Shown: piece after piece, positions 27,115-41,000 of the stretch
How the letters are laid out: each line of letters starts with the position of its first letter
How positions within the stretch are numbered: position 1 is the first letter of the stretch
From: Phoronis australis
Taxonomy: Eukaryota; Animalia; Phoronida
Reading direction: 5' to 3'
DNA: 64,000 bases
NCBI GenBank assembly: GCA_002633005.1
Contig: NMRA01000004.1
Location: forward strand, 1,059,793 to 1,123,792
Position numbers and translations under genes: made by a program
Notes under the pieces: generated by a model
What the model was told of the DNA's origin: nothing
What the model saw: the letters and a program-made list of their open reading frames with translations, nothing else
The model's database searches: none

Positions 27115-27848
27115 TAGTAGTGATACTCCGTTCATCTTGCAATACTCTTCCTGGTTAAAGCCCAATTTCGATTAAGCACCTGTAATTTTCCAAGTTTTCA
27201 CTCTTAAACTCTCACTTTCGGATATACAGTGTACATGTATGCGGAATCAGGTGAAGTCGCAGTCGTTTCTTTTTGACAGTATTGTTAGTAAATATAAGGA
27301 TATTGGCATTGCTTGTCTACAATAGATCGATCGAAAAACTTCTCACGGAAATGGCGAGCACGTCAATACAGCCTGCTTGTTCATGGTATTCCAGATCTAG
27401 TCAGTTCAGCTGAAGAAAATGCATGAAAATCATTCAAATCCTTTCTCAATGAAAAATTGAAATTCAAGTTGGGCGAAGATTGCAAATAACTTGACTATTG
27501 CCACCGACGGCCAAACGCCAGAAAGCCGGAAGCAAAACCCAATGCATCACGGGTGCGCTGTCAGCATCGCGCGTTGTTGTCAAATGTGCACGCATGTCAC
27601 ACAGAGACAACATAGACTCAGTAGGATTACGATGCCTCGCCATGCGTGCCGATCTCCCACAGATATTGAAACAACGATGTGTTGAACTTGAGCACCTGGC
27701 GTACCAGCTGAGGAAAAATGAAAAGCTCAAGGCATAAATCAAAGAGGCAAAATGAGATAGCGTGTCGTTAGAAGCCCGCAGCACTACAGGAGGAAAGATG
27801 GCGTATTGACGGACGTTAGCGAAAGTGTCATAGAACAAACTTATCCGT

Positions 27849-28007
27849 CAGTGGCGGATTTAAGGGGAGGAAGGGGTCATGCCCTCCCTAAAATTCTCCC
27901 AGATTCCATTCGGCAGTACGGAGGTGCGAATGTCTGACAGGAAAAATCCAGGCTAATACTATGCCCTGCACCCTCCCTCCCAACTCAAAATCTTGGATCC
28001 GCCCCTG
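27849..28007. mobile_element. MITE family B copy
   Basis: CAGTGGCGGAT...ATCCGCCCCTG; reverse-complement homolog of 2383-2546; TSD not preserved. Confidence 0.8.
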
Positions 28008-28989
28008 CTTGCCTCAGTAACAAGGTTCTCTCTTGTTCCTTACTCGGACTAGAAATGATTTCTAGATTCGGAAAGAACTTGCAGGAGGTAATCGCTTTAT
28101 TCAGACTGGACCCTGAAGGTATTGTCACGGCGGGTTAGATTAGGTTCCCGATGCAGCATGATTGTTAGGGAATTCTAGGCGATTTACGTACTGTACCAAA
28201 TTCAATGCGAGGTATGAGGAGCGCAATGACGATGATTGCTTTGAAGTGCAAAATAATGGGCTTCTGTAAAAATGCAGATGTCCAGTTTTAAACCAGAACT
28301 TGGATAAAGCCCTTTCAAAGCAGATTTCCCTACTGGCGAGCCTGGCGAACTATGTACTGAGAGGTACCCCTCTTCTTCTTACACACACTCGCATGCGCAC
28401 ACATCTGGAACTAATTCTCACACCAATTATCTCATCATCTGTCAAGTCGCGTTTGCCGGATGCTCAATCTGATTCATCAGCAGAGACAAGCTCTTAACGA
28501 CTTACGATTTGTTTATTTATTTCAATGTAATTGGCCGTAACAAAAACAAAGTCGTTCTTCGCTGTATTATAATAGTCAGTCTGCTAATACGTTTTTTTTT
28601 AAGCGCAGGGATGACACCATTATTGACTTGGTTACCAAAATTGTAGTTTTGGTTCGTTCTAGTTGTTAAACAGACACTTCAAGTTTCAATTAATGTTCTA
28701 TCACTTATGCAAAACACAAAAATACTAACACTAGCTGTGCTATTTTAAGTATTGGTGACGATTGGCTAATATTGCAACTCAGGGAATTACGGTATTGACG
28801 TATTCAACAATCAGTGACGCTTGGGCGTAAAGCGAGTAATTTACGGTGCAGGATTATTCACCCTTTCGCTATTTTGCCCAACAAATCAGTCAAACGACTA
28901 CACGGAGCCCTGGTAACACAGCCGACAATTTCATACATCCAAGATTTCGCAACTAGTTATGGGGTTGAAATTAATTGTTTTCTTCGCAG

Positions 28990-31900
28990 CCGTCCACGCG
29001 ATGTCGATAGTTACGCGGAGTTATCCAGCTCGATGTCGCTGCCTGAGAGACACGGTTAAGACAACAATAAGATCAATAGATTCCATTTACGGACGGGTAA
29101 GTACATTTAACTTCGTGTTAAGATATTAAAATACTGGATTAAAAACACTGCCAGTAATTCAGCGACATGAAAGTTTGGGTAGTGCCTCTGTAGTCGTTCA
29201 AAATTTTGTCCGTCAATCAAACGATTTATTTTCGCTCAATTGTTGCAGTAATATAATACGAAGTACAATAATTTGCCGAGAACTTCGTATTTAGTTTTTG
29301 TACAAACAGATATTTTGTCTTTGTTTTTATTAATATGCTTCGTGAGGCAATTGAACAGTAAACTTACAACTGATGCTATGACCTAGACAATAACGATACG
29401 ATATTCATGAGTTACAATGTGATTGCTGTTAAAATTAATCTTTCCGCTTAAATTTAGTTCAAAATTTCGTGATTTATGAAACGACGCGTGTCAGTTGAAC
29501 GAAAACATGTTCCCGATGTGGGTCTTTCGGCACCAAATTCCGTCGGAACATCATTTTTCGTAATAAGCATAATTCGATACTTCCCAACTTTGTTTACCCC
29601 TTACAATAACTGTTTAAATGTTAAAACAAAAAACATTAACAATAGTTTGCCCTGGCAAAGTCGGCTGCATTGTGCGTTGTGAATATGATTGCGCAAGAGC
29701 CGTTAAGCAAGTTCCGAAAATTTCTGTTGGTTGTTTTTCACACTTGCTTTGCATCTTTGTTTGCATTCCGAGAATTCGTGTTACCAGCACGCGTAGTCAT
29801 AACAACAACAACCTTCCGGAAGTAAGATGCAGGTGTCCAGTGATACAAACTAGTCGTAATACGAGATAAAGGGGTGTGTGCATCAATTTACAAAGATGGA
29901 AAATGTAAACGACACGCGTCGTCTCGCTGCCAGATGCACCCCGTTGTCACAACCATCACGCAAACCGTACAACATGAGGTGAACTTATCTTACCAGGCAT
30001 ACCGGAAATGCGCATGTTTAGGCTTGTGCTTTTATAACCGATTAAAGTGGAACAAATTGGGTGTTGTACATGCGTTTTGTGCTCTTTGTACCCCGCATGT
30101 AGACAGCGAAATTGAAAATGAACAACATCGTCAGTAAGATGGATGGCGTCAGCCGACACGCTCTGGGGGCAAAGCGGGGGCATCAAGCAAAAAATCCCCC
30201 GTGACTCCAGGTTGTCACTCATACATGTAAGTCAGTTGCCCCCGGTCGTCGACATTTTTCTTTACGTTCGTGTCCAACTGAAAATTTACGTACGGTAAGT
30301 TCTTGGCAGTAAAGATAGCGAGGACAGCGTTTTTCCGTTCAGTGACTTTACCAGAAGTGCGGGGGTTCTGAGCGTGTGATAACATCTAGCTTCTTTGTTA
30401 ACTGCAAGCACACTCTTTTGTCTGTTATGACAACAAGCAGGCCAATTATCTACCAGGCTTATTACGGACCACGTGTGAACACAGTCAAACTCAGAGTGCA
30501 AATTGGTGTATTCGAAAAGAATAGATTGTCGTAACTTCGGTTGCAGTTGGGCGATTTTGGCGATTCAAAAACTAAACATGATCACCATTTGACGAGGATT
30601 TCATAAATGCTATTGGTTTATGTTCAAATATGTTATAACTTAACTTTTGATTTTCACTGCACAATCCAGCTATAGTGAGGGTAGATACAATCTTCTTGGA
30701 GATTAAAGCAATTGTCGAACAAAAGAGAGCTGGTCCTCCAACCATAAATGCCAGAATGGAGGTAATCAGTCGTGTAAGATATTGGCTACAGGGGTAAACT
30801 TCCCAACTTGTTGTTGGACTATAAAATCGAACAAGTTGGGAGCAACGGGAAAACGCCGTAATGGGCACACCAAGAACTGTCGTAGAAATCGACGACATTT
30901 CACTGTCGTGAAATCTGCTCAACGATGTACTTCGACAACTGAAGACGCGTTTTAATTGAGTTTGAAAGCTTTTGCAGAAATCCAGTAGATTGAGTGATCT
31001 GTGTCATTAACAGGTGTTCTTGGATGCCAGGCATGATCATACAGCATTAAAAGTGGCCATGAACGCGCGTTAATTCCCAAGAAACGAGATTTTGATTTAG
31101 ACTACTTACAGCTCAAAATTCGTCTCAACTTGTTCCTTAACCAGATTAGAAGTGATGTTCAGTGAGTTTACAAGGAACTGAGAATGTCGCAATTGATCCT
31201 TCATGAGACCACTTGATGATCTACGCAAAAAACGTCACGACACGCGTGTGTGACAAGTCAACATGTAGAGCCTGGTTCTGATCTCTGCTCGAAGTCCTGA
31301 AATCACCTCCATCAGACTAAGGAACATTTTGAGCCGGACCTATTTCACGGTAAGAAGTCAATGAAAGAAGTACAAATGGATTATGTGTTGCACTGAACTT
31401 GCTGGTCTAGTGCAGCTTTAAATTTACTCCAGGGGCGTTCGTTAATGCAAAGTAGAAATTTGGTTTTGAAAAAAATTGTCACCCAAAATATATTTGAGAG
31501 GCAAATTCTGAACCCTTTTAACACTGAGTGGCGAAATCATGATCATGCCGACAAATTGACATGTTTCAGTGTTCAAACAAAGTATTCAAGGGTACAGCAC
31601 CTTTTTACATTTTGAATTTGTCATGGGATTTGCTCTCCGTAAAAATCAGATTGTCGAAGGAGAGTGGCGAATCACAGCGACACTGATCTGGGGCATCCAG
31701 GTCTCCAGTAAAACCTCAATCTAGAAGTCGACTGTAGAAATCTCGGTTATCACGAGAAAAGGAATTAAGTGACAGAAAGTAAGTACAGAAAGTAAGTTAT
31801 CAAAGTATAAACGGTCTCTCTGTCCTGCTTTTGAGATAAAGTCATGCTTTACCGTCAGAAAGATACTCGGAGATAACTCTGATCAGCTATATTGCTGGCT

Positions 31901-34900
31901 TGCGAAGTAAATCGGGTAATGCTTTGACTCCTACTGTTTCAGTCAACAGCGCACCTGGCGGTAGACTACAGAAACAACATGTGGGCTGCTGACATCACAG
32001 TCCATACCCCTCCCGAGATGAATATCAAGGCATTCCTAGACAAGCGCAAAAACTTCATGTACCTCGTAATTAATGGTGGCTGCTACAAGACAGAAAACAC
32101 CACATATATGGAGAAGTTCTTCCGGGAGAGTCTCCCGCAATGCTTCCTTACCGGTGAGACAGTCATGCCAATTCTATGTCGGTTGCCCGTCAGAACACGT
32201 ACACGGCTCTGGTACTGACACACGGAGCGGAATAATTTCAAATGGTGAAATCTCAGGCCAACAGTTGCGCTTTTCACGTATCTTGCTGTGGTTTTTGCCG
32301 TTCTATGCCGTAGCGCTAAATACTGAGATGGAATCATGGGCAGTAGCTATTTTACACAAGAATTTGAGCTCTTTGTAATTTGCCGAGCGCAATAGTGGCA
32401 CCTAGTGGAACGATTCAATTATAACATGGTTGATGTGCGATGTAGTCGAAGTGACGTTTAATACGTTTTTTAAGAACAATAATGGTCAAAGTGTTGAGTG
32501 ACATGCAAAGTAGTGACGAAACCCTTTAATTAGTACTAGCTTAACCGATAGTATCACTAATAATTGAGGAGAAATGGGTCGTGAATGCTTGACTGCATGC
32601 ATTTTTCATTTGTTTAAATTTGAGGACATTTTTCTGATTAATTATGCACACTCTTTCTCCCTAAGCTGAATCACGATACATCAGGCGCCACACTTTTGGC
32701 GGCGCCACCGTCACGGAGTGGACGCTTCAAGGACTGTCGGAGGTTGAAGCGCCCCTTGTGAACAACTCCACAATCGCACTTTCAGACTCGTGTATTCCCG
32801 TTCTGCAGACCATATCCTACAATTCACGTGAAGGTACTCTCATATTTTACTTATGAAAAAAGATAATCAAAAGAAAACAACATGCGAAGACATATCGTTT
32901 TCATTGCTTGAAGTTTTAGAATATTAGTTAAACCCGCCCATTTCCTCAGTGGTGTTTTCAAAGGACTCTCGGCGAGATTTTTTTCCCACATTAACAGTAG
33001 CGCGAAATCAAACACACAAACTCCGAACTGAGCGCTCTGGCGCTGTCTTAAATTCCACCCGTTAATAATAACAGGGTATTTTAAGCGTGTTTGAGTAGCA
33101 AAGAGGCGGGATTTGATTTCAGCGAATATTTGGCAAACTACGGCGAGGGTTTTTGACGCTTTATAATAACATCACAAAAACATGTATTTTGTTATTTTTG
33201 AGTCTGTTAAATAATTCTACCATAAAAACGATAATTTCCTTCAATGCTTATTCGCTCTTCTAAAGTAACGTCATCGCTTTCTTGTTCTTTGTTTTCGTTG
33301 AAAGTAATTGCAATAAAACGCGTGCAAGTCGCCTGACGGCGGATACTGAAACTAATTCGCTGTGACCAGCCCACTTAGCCTGTTCCTCCTATAAAGCCTA
33401 AAATTATCGAGAGATGAAACCCATTTTATAGTTGGAGAACTAAATTACTGGTTGGTTTTTGACAGAAGGCCCTGGTTTATTCCCCTTTAAACTGACGTTA
33501 TCGGAGAGAAATGTGATTTTCTGAGTTCAGCCCCAACGCTGAAACGAACTCAGCGGTCGCACTGATTACAACGTTTTACTGTCGGAGCTAAACCGCACAC
33601 TCGATAAATGACAGGATATTTTAAAGCGCTTAAAACCACCAATCACATTGTTTTGACAAGTTATTACATTGTCAGCATCATTAAACCCTCCTTTACAGCA
33701 CTGCATATTACAACCGTGGATTCGATATTTCAAAAACTAAAACTGAATAGAAGAGAAAAGTGACTTCAATTGGAGGTTTATGAGCTTCACGGACATGAAC
33801 GAAACCAAATCCAGTGTGTCCTGGTCCACCAACACGCAGGTTTCTTGTATAATTTTGCCATATCAGAAAGTGAAAAATAACGCAACAGTGTGGTCAAACA
33901 ATGCGTTCTTCCCACCACCATAAACGGAACACATGGCATTTCTTTATATACCAAGCGTTAGAACGCCCTTTTAAGCATTGTTGCAGACTCGCTACCGGTG
34001 AATGAAATGTCATTGGACCATTATTAGTCACGCGCTATCAGATTCTTTTCATCTGTCAGTCAGTGCTGTAGAGGGGAGTAGGCGCACATATTCGCAGCCA
34101 ACTACCTTTTGGTATTTGAGCGTAGCGCCTACGCACCGTAAGCTACGTTCAGTGCTCAAGGTGATACGGTGGGCTTTGTGCGCATACTTACCTCTAATTT
34201 TACCACTACAGCACTGCTGTCAGTCATCGGTTCACACTCAGTTTGTGTTTTCTGCATTCAAGATCAGACAATTGGAGTGATTACGAAGCTGTATTTGGAT
34301 TTCCAAGAAGACGTAGATCTTGATGAAGATTTTGTGATACCGGAAACTTGCTTGGATAACGCAACAAAACTGTCGAACGCCATCCAGGTAAATTGTGCCT
34401 TTGGGCTTAAACAATATTTCCACAATCACAATATCGCGATGACAAAGTTTCCTGCATTCTTCCAAGTCGAATGCGCAAATAGATATTGCGAACTTGGTCA
34501 TGTCTGCGAAGTCCGTAGCATGAAAAAAAATATTTAAGACTTGATTCAGAAATAAAATCTTACGTTCCTCTCAATTATTGGACGAGCGTTGGCGATGCTA
34601 CAAAAATGAAAAGTTGGTTGGGATGACTGGTGCTGTTGTTGTTGTTGTTTTTGTTGTTGTTGTTGATGTGAGTGGTGTTGGTTTTTTGCTTCAATTTAAC
34701 ATTCAATTTTAGAGTTACGACGAGAAGGCATATAGTGAAGAAGAAGATTATTAGCAGGTAAAATCTTCCATATTTGATTTTTGTCGAAATTGTTAGTATA
34801 ATACTGCATAGCAAACGCCATTTGATCTCGGTCACATTAGAAGAGACTTTTAAGTCTCTTAACTTAAAAGTTATCTGCAAAGCGACCTCGTGTTACAAAT

Positions 34901-35035
34901 TATAAAATTGTTTGCAATCCCTGTGAATCAAAGGACATTCCTAGAGCGATCTTAAGTATCTAAAACATGATGCAGTCATCTCATTCTGGTCAACTCTTCG
35001 CTGGCATTCGTTTTTAGGATCTTCGGCACTCGTGA
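28990..35035 (+). CDS. Ependymin-related protein (EPDR), divergent; signal-peptide exon not located
   Basis: Phase-consistent exons 28990-29096, 31943-32153, 32666-32833, 34263-34387, 35018-35035. Cys pattern RCRC...VDYRNN...FMYLVINGGCYK...LPQCF...FGG...EW...SCIPV...LYLDFQ...EDFVIPETC matches the ependymin fold, including the terminal F-x-x-P-x-x-C. N-glycosylation sequons NTT, NST and NAT are present. Confidence 0.75.
30325..30858 (+). mobile_element. Family D element, copy 2
   Basis: Ends CAGCGTTTTTCCGTT and AACGGGAAAACGCCG form an imperfect TIR; homologous to copies 1 and 3. Confidence 0.8.
34061..34216. mobile_element. hAT-type MITE, 8-bp TSD CTGTCAGT
   Basis: 11-bp TIR CAGTGCTGTAG / CTACAGCACTG with an exact 8-bp TSD; partial copy at ~42105-42239. 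Confidence 0.85.
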
Positions 35036-38031
35036 ACATTTATAGTGGTGTCAAAACGTGCACGTCATTCTGACTGACATGATGCAAGGACAAGAAGTGT
35101 CGTGAGAAGACGGGATTCACGACTTAGTGACACCAGTAAATAATGTTTCACTTGGAAACAAGAAAAATGTTCAGGCGTTAAAAGTATACAATGTAATACA
35201 GTGTTCATTTTTGTGCTTATTAATGTATCCAACATGTCATCTTTGTCCAATTGATGAGCATATCAATCGTTCAGTAGTCTAAGTCAGGTAAATATAGGAG
35301 CCTAACATCTAATTTAGTCGGACTTTTTAGGTTAGTTTTAGAACGTCATATTTTAGAAATGGCTGATCGAATATGAAGGAAACTTTCACATTGTATGGTT
35401 TATACATTGTTTCCCAAAACGTTTTTAGGAATTATTTTTCAATGTTTAACTTTGGCATGAAGGGCTACCAATTTCATGACTTCAATGATTTTCATGAAAA
35501 AATCAAACTTTGCATAAAATATTTCAGAAAACTCTAACAGCGTTTTTGAGATGCCATCTTGAACTTTTGCATAATATGAAACATGTCCTTGTAATTGATA
35601 CCGTAGTTAATTCATTTTTGCAATGAAACATTTACTAGAAGACATGATCACGTGTAAAAGCCCCTCTTTCGTACAACTTTCGTTCAATACACGACTGATG
35701 ATACGAGATGTGAACAGAATTAAAATCACTAAAGTTGAATTTCCATACATTAATTACCAGGAAACGGGACTCAACAGAATTTTGTCATTGATTAAAACTA
35801 GCTTCCCCAAAGAGGTCTCTCGCGTAACCTAGTTATCTTGACCTTTGACTGTGTCTAGTGTATTAACAACTAACCCCTACTGTGAGTACTTTGATCTATT
35901 GTTGGAAATGCGGGAGTTTAAGCATTTTAATTGTATCTATGATGGTCTAGGATGACTGAGGTGTCGTGCTTTGATTGGGCATTCATAGTAAGGTGTATTT
36001 TTGCTCATTTCCGAGGTACCTATAACGGTTCAAGAGTTTAACTTGATCTCAAAAAACGCTGTCTGAGATATTTGTTTACGTGTAATTTGTTATTATTGCG
36101 AGTATTTGGGTACACTCGTTCGACATGTACACGGTCATCCCAATGGTAGCCTCAACAGCAGTGTTTTCCACATGTGGGAATTCCTTACAAACAACTCATA
36201 GTAACCATCTTCAAAAGAGATACTAACTATTCTTGTGATACTATGGGGGAAACATTAACATTATTCTATAACTAACCAACGGAAATAGTCCTTTGTGTAA
36301 TTAACAAATAGCGGTCTTCTCGTTGTTTAAAATTCCCGACTCCCTTTCGATGGCAGTCAATCCTATTGTATTTTTTCACATTTTTGGTTGTTTGGGTCGA
36401 ATGCCTTGATACAGCTGTGCTGTGCACGATTGTTTTGTGTTTGTGATGAAGTTGGAATTCCCTCGTGAATACTTGGCAGTGTCGGATTTACATGTACAGA
36501 TGGACAAACGAACATTTTCCCGAACTGCTCCACCGAGAGAGGGTGCCGTCTGAAATGGGACACCTTAATTATGAAAGACTAAACATCATAAAGCTTGGCA
36601 AAAAGTGACAGTTTATTCCACCGTCTTGTGGTCACAAGACGGTGCAGGAAGTGACCTTCTTCAATATGAAAGTTGGTTGCACGATTTCACAAAATAAACA
36701 GAAAAATAGACGTAATCATGTCCAACATTGGGCCCTCTATCCGTGAGCGGACCCCTAAGAATTTGTCAATAAAAACATCAAAACTGTAGCCACTTGAATG
36801 TCATTAATGGCCTCCTTCAAGGGTGGGGCCTCTCAATGTGAAAATATCTATATTTTCAAAAATCAAGACATTTGCAGCCATTGATGATATCTGTCAGGTC
36901 ATCAATTTTTCTCAAATGATGTAGAATTCGAGAAAAAAAGACAGTTGTCTCCGTTATCCCTTGCCAGAGAGGGGCCTCTGGAAAAATATGGTTTTGCGGT
37001 CGAAAAATTGACTTATTGAATTGAAATTCCAGTAAATTAATACGCTCCGCACAAGTTTCGCTTTACAAATTTTCTCGATTTTTCGAAATATTTGCATGAA
37101 TCATTACGTGCACGTTTCCAAGTGCATGTAGACGACCTGTGCTGCGAAAGCGGAGACCTCAACAACAATGTCCTGGCCAGGGTCCTCAAATGGTAAGCCA
37201 TGCACTGACACAGAGTTGTTAAGTGTTCTCTTGAATTTTCTATCTTATCCGCATTTATCAGTCTTTATTTTCTCTACTGTCCTCGCCCCACTCGTATGAC
37301 GGTTGCCACGGTTTAATCCTGAAACCTGAATTTTTTTGGGGGGCCGATGCCCCCACTTACGGCCCTGCAAGATTATCATTAAAATCCGACAGCATCGAAA
37401 CATATGACCATAACGAGAATGTAGGTATCGGTTATGATTGTTAAATAAATGTTGCGAAACACAGACTTTATTTTGTTAACATCACGTACAATGCACTACC
37501 AGAAAAGGACTCTGGTTTCTCGAAATTATAAACAGAGCTCTGCTGACCGTGCAATCTACAGATGATTGACGAAACCGTTTAGTTCAACTTTCGTTCTTGT
37601 ATTCAGACACCCGGGTCCGTACCTCCCTCACTCACCTGTCCCGTTCCTCCCCCCCCCCCCCCCCCNCCCACACCCTTCTTTCTCCCTCCCACCTGTGCCA
37701 CCTAAATCACCTCAGTCCTCCACGCGCGCACGAACATTTACAAGCCTACTACGGTTTGTAACGTAGTTATTACCTTTTCTGTTTGTGGTATTGTGTGGCC
37801 TGGATGTATCTGCCATGGCGCAAAAGCATAATCTTGTAAACACTGAAGGGTTTGTGTCGATTCGTTCAGTGGCCCGCGTTCTGCCAAATATATGACGCGT
37901 GGGTATCCCTTCTGGTGGTGACCTTAGGAGTACATCAATAATGAATCTGTTTATCATACTTATCACTTGCGCTCTCCGCGGACTGTCGACAGTAAGACTG
38001 CCGTGGGAAGTATGAGAAGCTGTCCCACAGG

Positions 38032-41000
38032 ATGATGCACAAGGCAACCGAGATTCCGAAAATAGACTTCAGAAACTACGGTTTACTCGTAGAAGATACA
38101 TCCACGGTTCCACACGCAGAGCTATCGAAATTGGCGGATGAATTCAACGAAGCGCTGTCAACAGTTGGATACCTGGTGTTAGTCAATCACGGAGTTTCCC
38201 GAAAACTGGTAAGTTTTATCACTGTTAGCTCTTGATGTGTCAGCCGTTGCACCAATTTTCTGGTCAGTTTTTATTATCTCAGGCAATCAAATTGAGACAC
38301 TTCACGACAGGCAGGCCGCATTATCAAAGTTTTTTCGTCTTAAATGGATACTAAAGCATGCTCTTTACTCAAACTCCGGTGACTTTATCACTTAAATACT
38401 CTTAAAATACTCTTGCCATTTATCGATTGGGGATGTAGCTAGGCTAGCAAACGGTTGAACTATACACGACCGCGATATTGTGACTTCGATTCCGCGTTGA
38501 ATTTGATTTCAGAAATCCACTTTTCTCAGTCGCCGGAGCGTCGATTGTTTCACTTCGAGGTTAATCAAGATTAGAGAGCATTAATCGTGTTTCAAATCAG
38601 ATTAATGGCATGGTCATAATTCGTGATATCTGCTGCAGGCTTTCAGAGGGTTTAGTAAACGAAACACCTCCGACCGGCCGGGCTGTCGGTATCTTGTTCA
38701 AATCAATGCATTAATACTTTGTCACCCCCCGCCGGAACCAAGAAATTGTCCTACAATTAAGGCTTCGAGCATAATTGTTCTAATGGTTTTCCGGAATTTT
38801 CGGGCTTTCAGGAATTTTCGGGCTTTCAGTTTGGTGGTAATCGCGAATATACGCCTTTTGTGTTCCTCAAAAGTGATCGATGTCGTTTTTTTCTCGAGCG
38901 CGTCGGTGACCTCGTGAGGCACGAAGCCTCTGGTTGCAAAATTTTGTTCTTGTTCACTTATACGTTGCACTCTTATGTTGAACTGTTCCCATTAGGTCGA
39001 CGAGACATTACAAGCCGCCAAGACATTTTTCGAGCTTCCCGAAGACGCCAAGACCAAGTGTGCCAACGACACGGCAGGCGATTTGCACGGGTGGATAAAA
39101 TTGGGTCAAGAAGGGTATGCATACATGGCAGAAATGGCCTATTTAATGATTTATTTACCCATGGACAACTATAAAAATTTGCTCCAAGTTATTCCTCCTT
39201 TCATTGAATCTTTGAACCTACCCCAATAACCGTCACACAGTGGGCCATTTCATGCGCCAAGCGTGGGCTCTTGAATGTGCTAACCGAGTGTAAATGATAA
39301 TCCTTCCCCAGTTCAGACATCTCTTCTAGTCTGAGTAGGCTAATAAAGAAATTGAAGCTAATTTTGTAACAGCAAGTGGTTTGTCTTTTGGGCATAAGGC
39401 GGCTTCATAATGTATGTGAATGAAGAAAATTCGGGAACGGATGTTTTGATTGCAACCAGTGTTGAGAATGGATGGTGCGTGAGCTTCTTTCACTTTTTTG
39501 TTCTGCCTAATTTTAGTTTAGGTCTGGAAGGTTACTCTGATCCGAGAGAATGTTTTGCGTCCAGAGTCGGTTTGGATGAGAATGGACAGAAACTACGACG
39601 AGTAAGCGATCTAAAGAATTATTTTACTAATGTATGACATGGTTTAGAATTTTTTCTAAAAACCTAACAGCGAAGACTTGTTGTCTTCCATGTGCTTTTG
39701 GAATTAGAAGGTGCATGATAAATCTAGCGGGGGGCAGGGGGCGAGGGCCCTCACTTGTAACGTTCAGGACAACGTCTCCCACTAAATAGGGACGTAGGAA
39801 CCGTGGGCGTGAGGGTACGTGCCCCCAATAATTCGCAACGGTGGGAGTGAAAACTTAGTGGCATGTACATGTATAACATAGGTTTTGGGTGAGGCAAGAG
39901 CAGTCGACTGAGAAAAGAAACCGACAGGGCTGGATTTACCCTTTGGGTGCCCTGGTCAGAACAGTTTTGCTCGGGAGCCTCCAGACTTAAGAATATTGCA
40001 ATATATTAGGTTTGCACTCACTTGCAAACGTGCTTTTTATGCATACAGGAAAGTCCGAGAAAATTTGTTTTGCATAGACTTTCCAGAGCATATTCAAAAA
40101 ACTATTTCTAGGGATTGCTAAGGTGTGTCAATTAGTCAGGGAGTCCTCTTTGGACATATCTATGTACTTGTCTTAACTCTATGCTGTCCATGAGTTGTAT
40201 CAATAGCAAATCAGGTGGAAATTATGAATCGCTTATCCAATCACACAGTACTGGTATGTGTAGGCCAATAACAAGGTTCCTCAGATGTCCTCCTTTTGGC
40301 GATCGTATAGCTGGTTCACGAGTGCGTACGCTTAGATTACATAGTTTTAATACACTTGCAAATCAAGGAAGACAAAACATAGTAATGTCGCGCTCCCAAC
40401 ATTGTAATTTTTCTTGCTTATTTTGTAGGCTTGGCCTGAAGAAAAAGACTGTCCTCGATTCAAGGAGACGATGACTAAGTTGTTCCATGAATCCTTATTG
40501 CTCTCCCGACGGGTGCTAGAGATATTAGCCATCGTGCTGGATGTTGAGGTGTGACATAGCTCTTTTTTGGGGCATCTGTGCACGTATTTACACACCATAC
40601 ACCATGCGCGCACCCAAGGGGCTCGGGGGACTCGAACTAGCCCCCCCCCCTCATTTTGGCGAAGTAGGCAAAAAGGTCCGCCTCCGAGACACAAAAAGTC
40701 CGAGAAAACGAGACAAAAGAACACTAAACAAGCACAAACGCGCGATTCACGATGGTGTCACCGTTTTCTTTTTCTTTAATCCACGGCGTTCTCACGAATT
40801 CGAGTCCCCCCCCCATATTGAAGTTTGGCAATACAAACATGACGCAGGTTATAGACCCGCCTTCTTTGACGTTATGAAATCTGTCTCAAATTCTTCTGTA
40901 GTCAAATTTGAGGTGATTCCATGTCTTCGAAAGAACTGTCAGTCCTTTAATGCTTTCGATAGGGTTCTGCTATTCGGCTTGTCACATCGTGACATTATGT

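Noticed and set aside
38429-38500. tRNA-Ala-like start GGGGATGTAGCT with a downstream TTCGATTCC
   Set aside because: No consistent cloverleaf or acceptor stem; at most a decayed SINE head.
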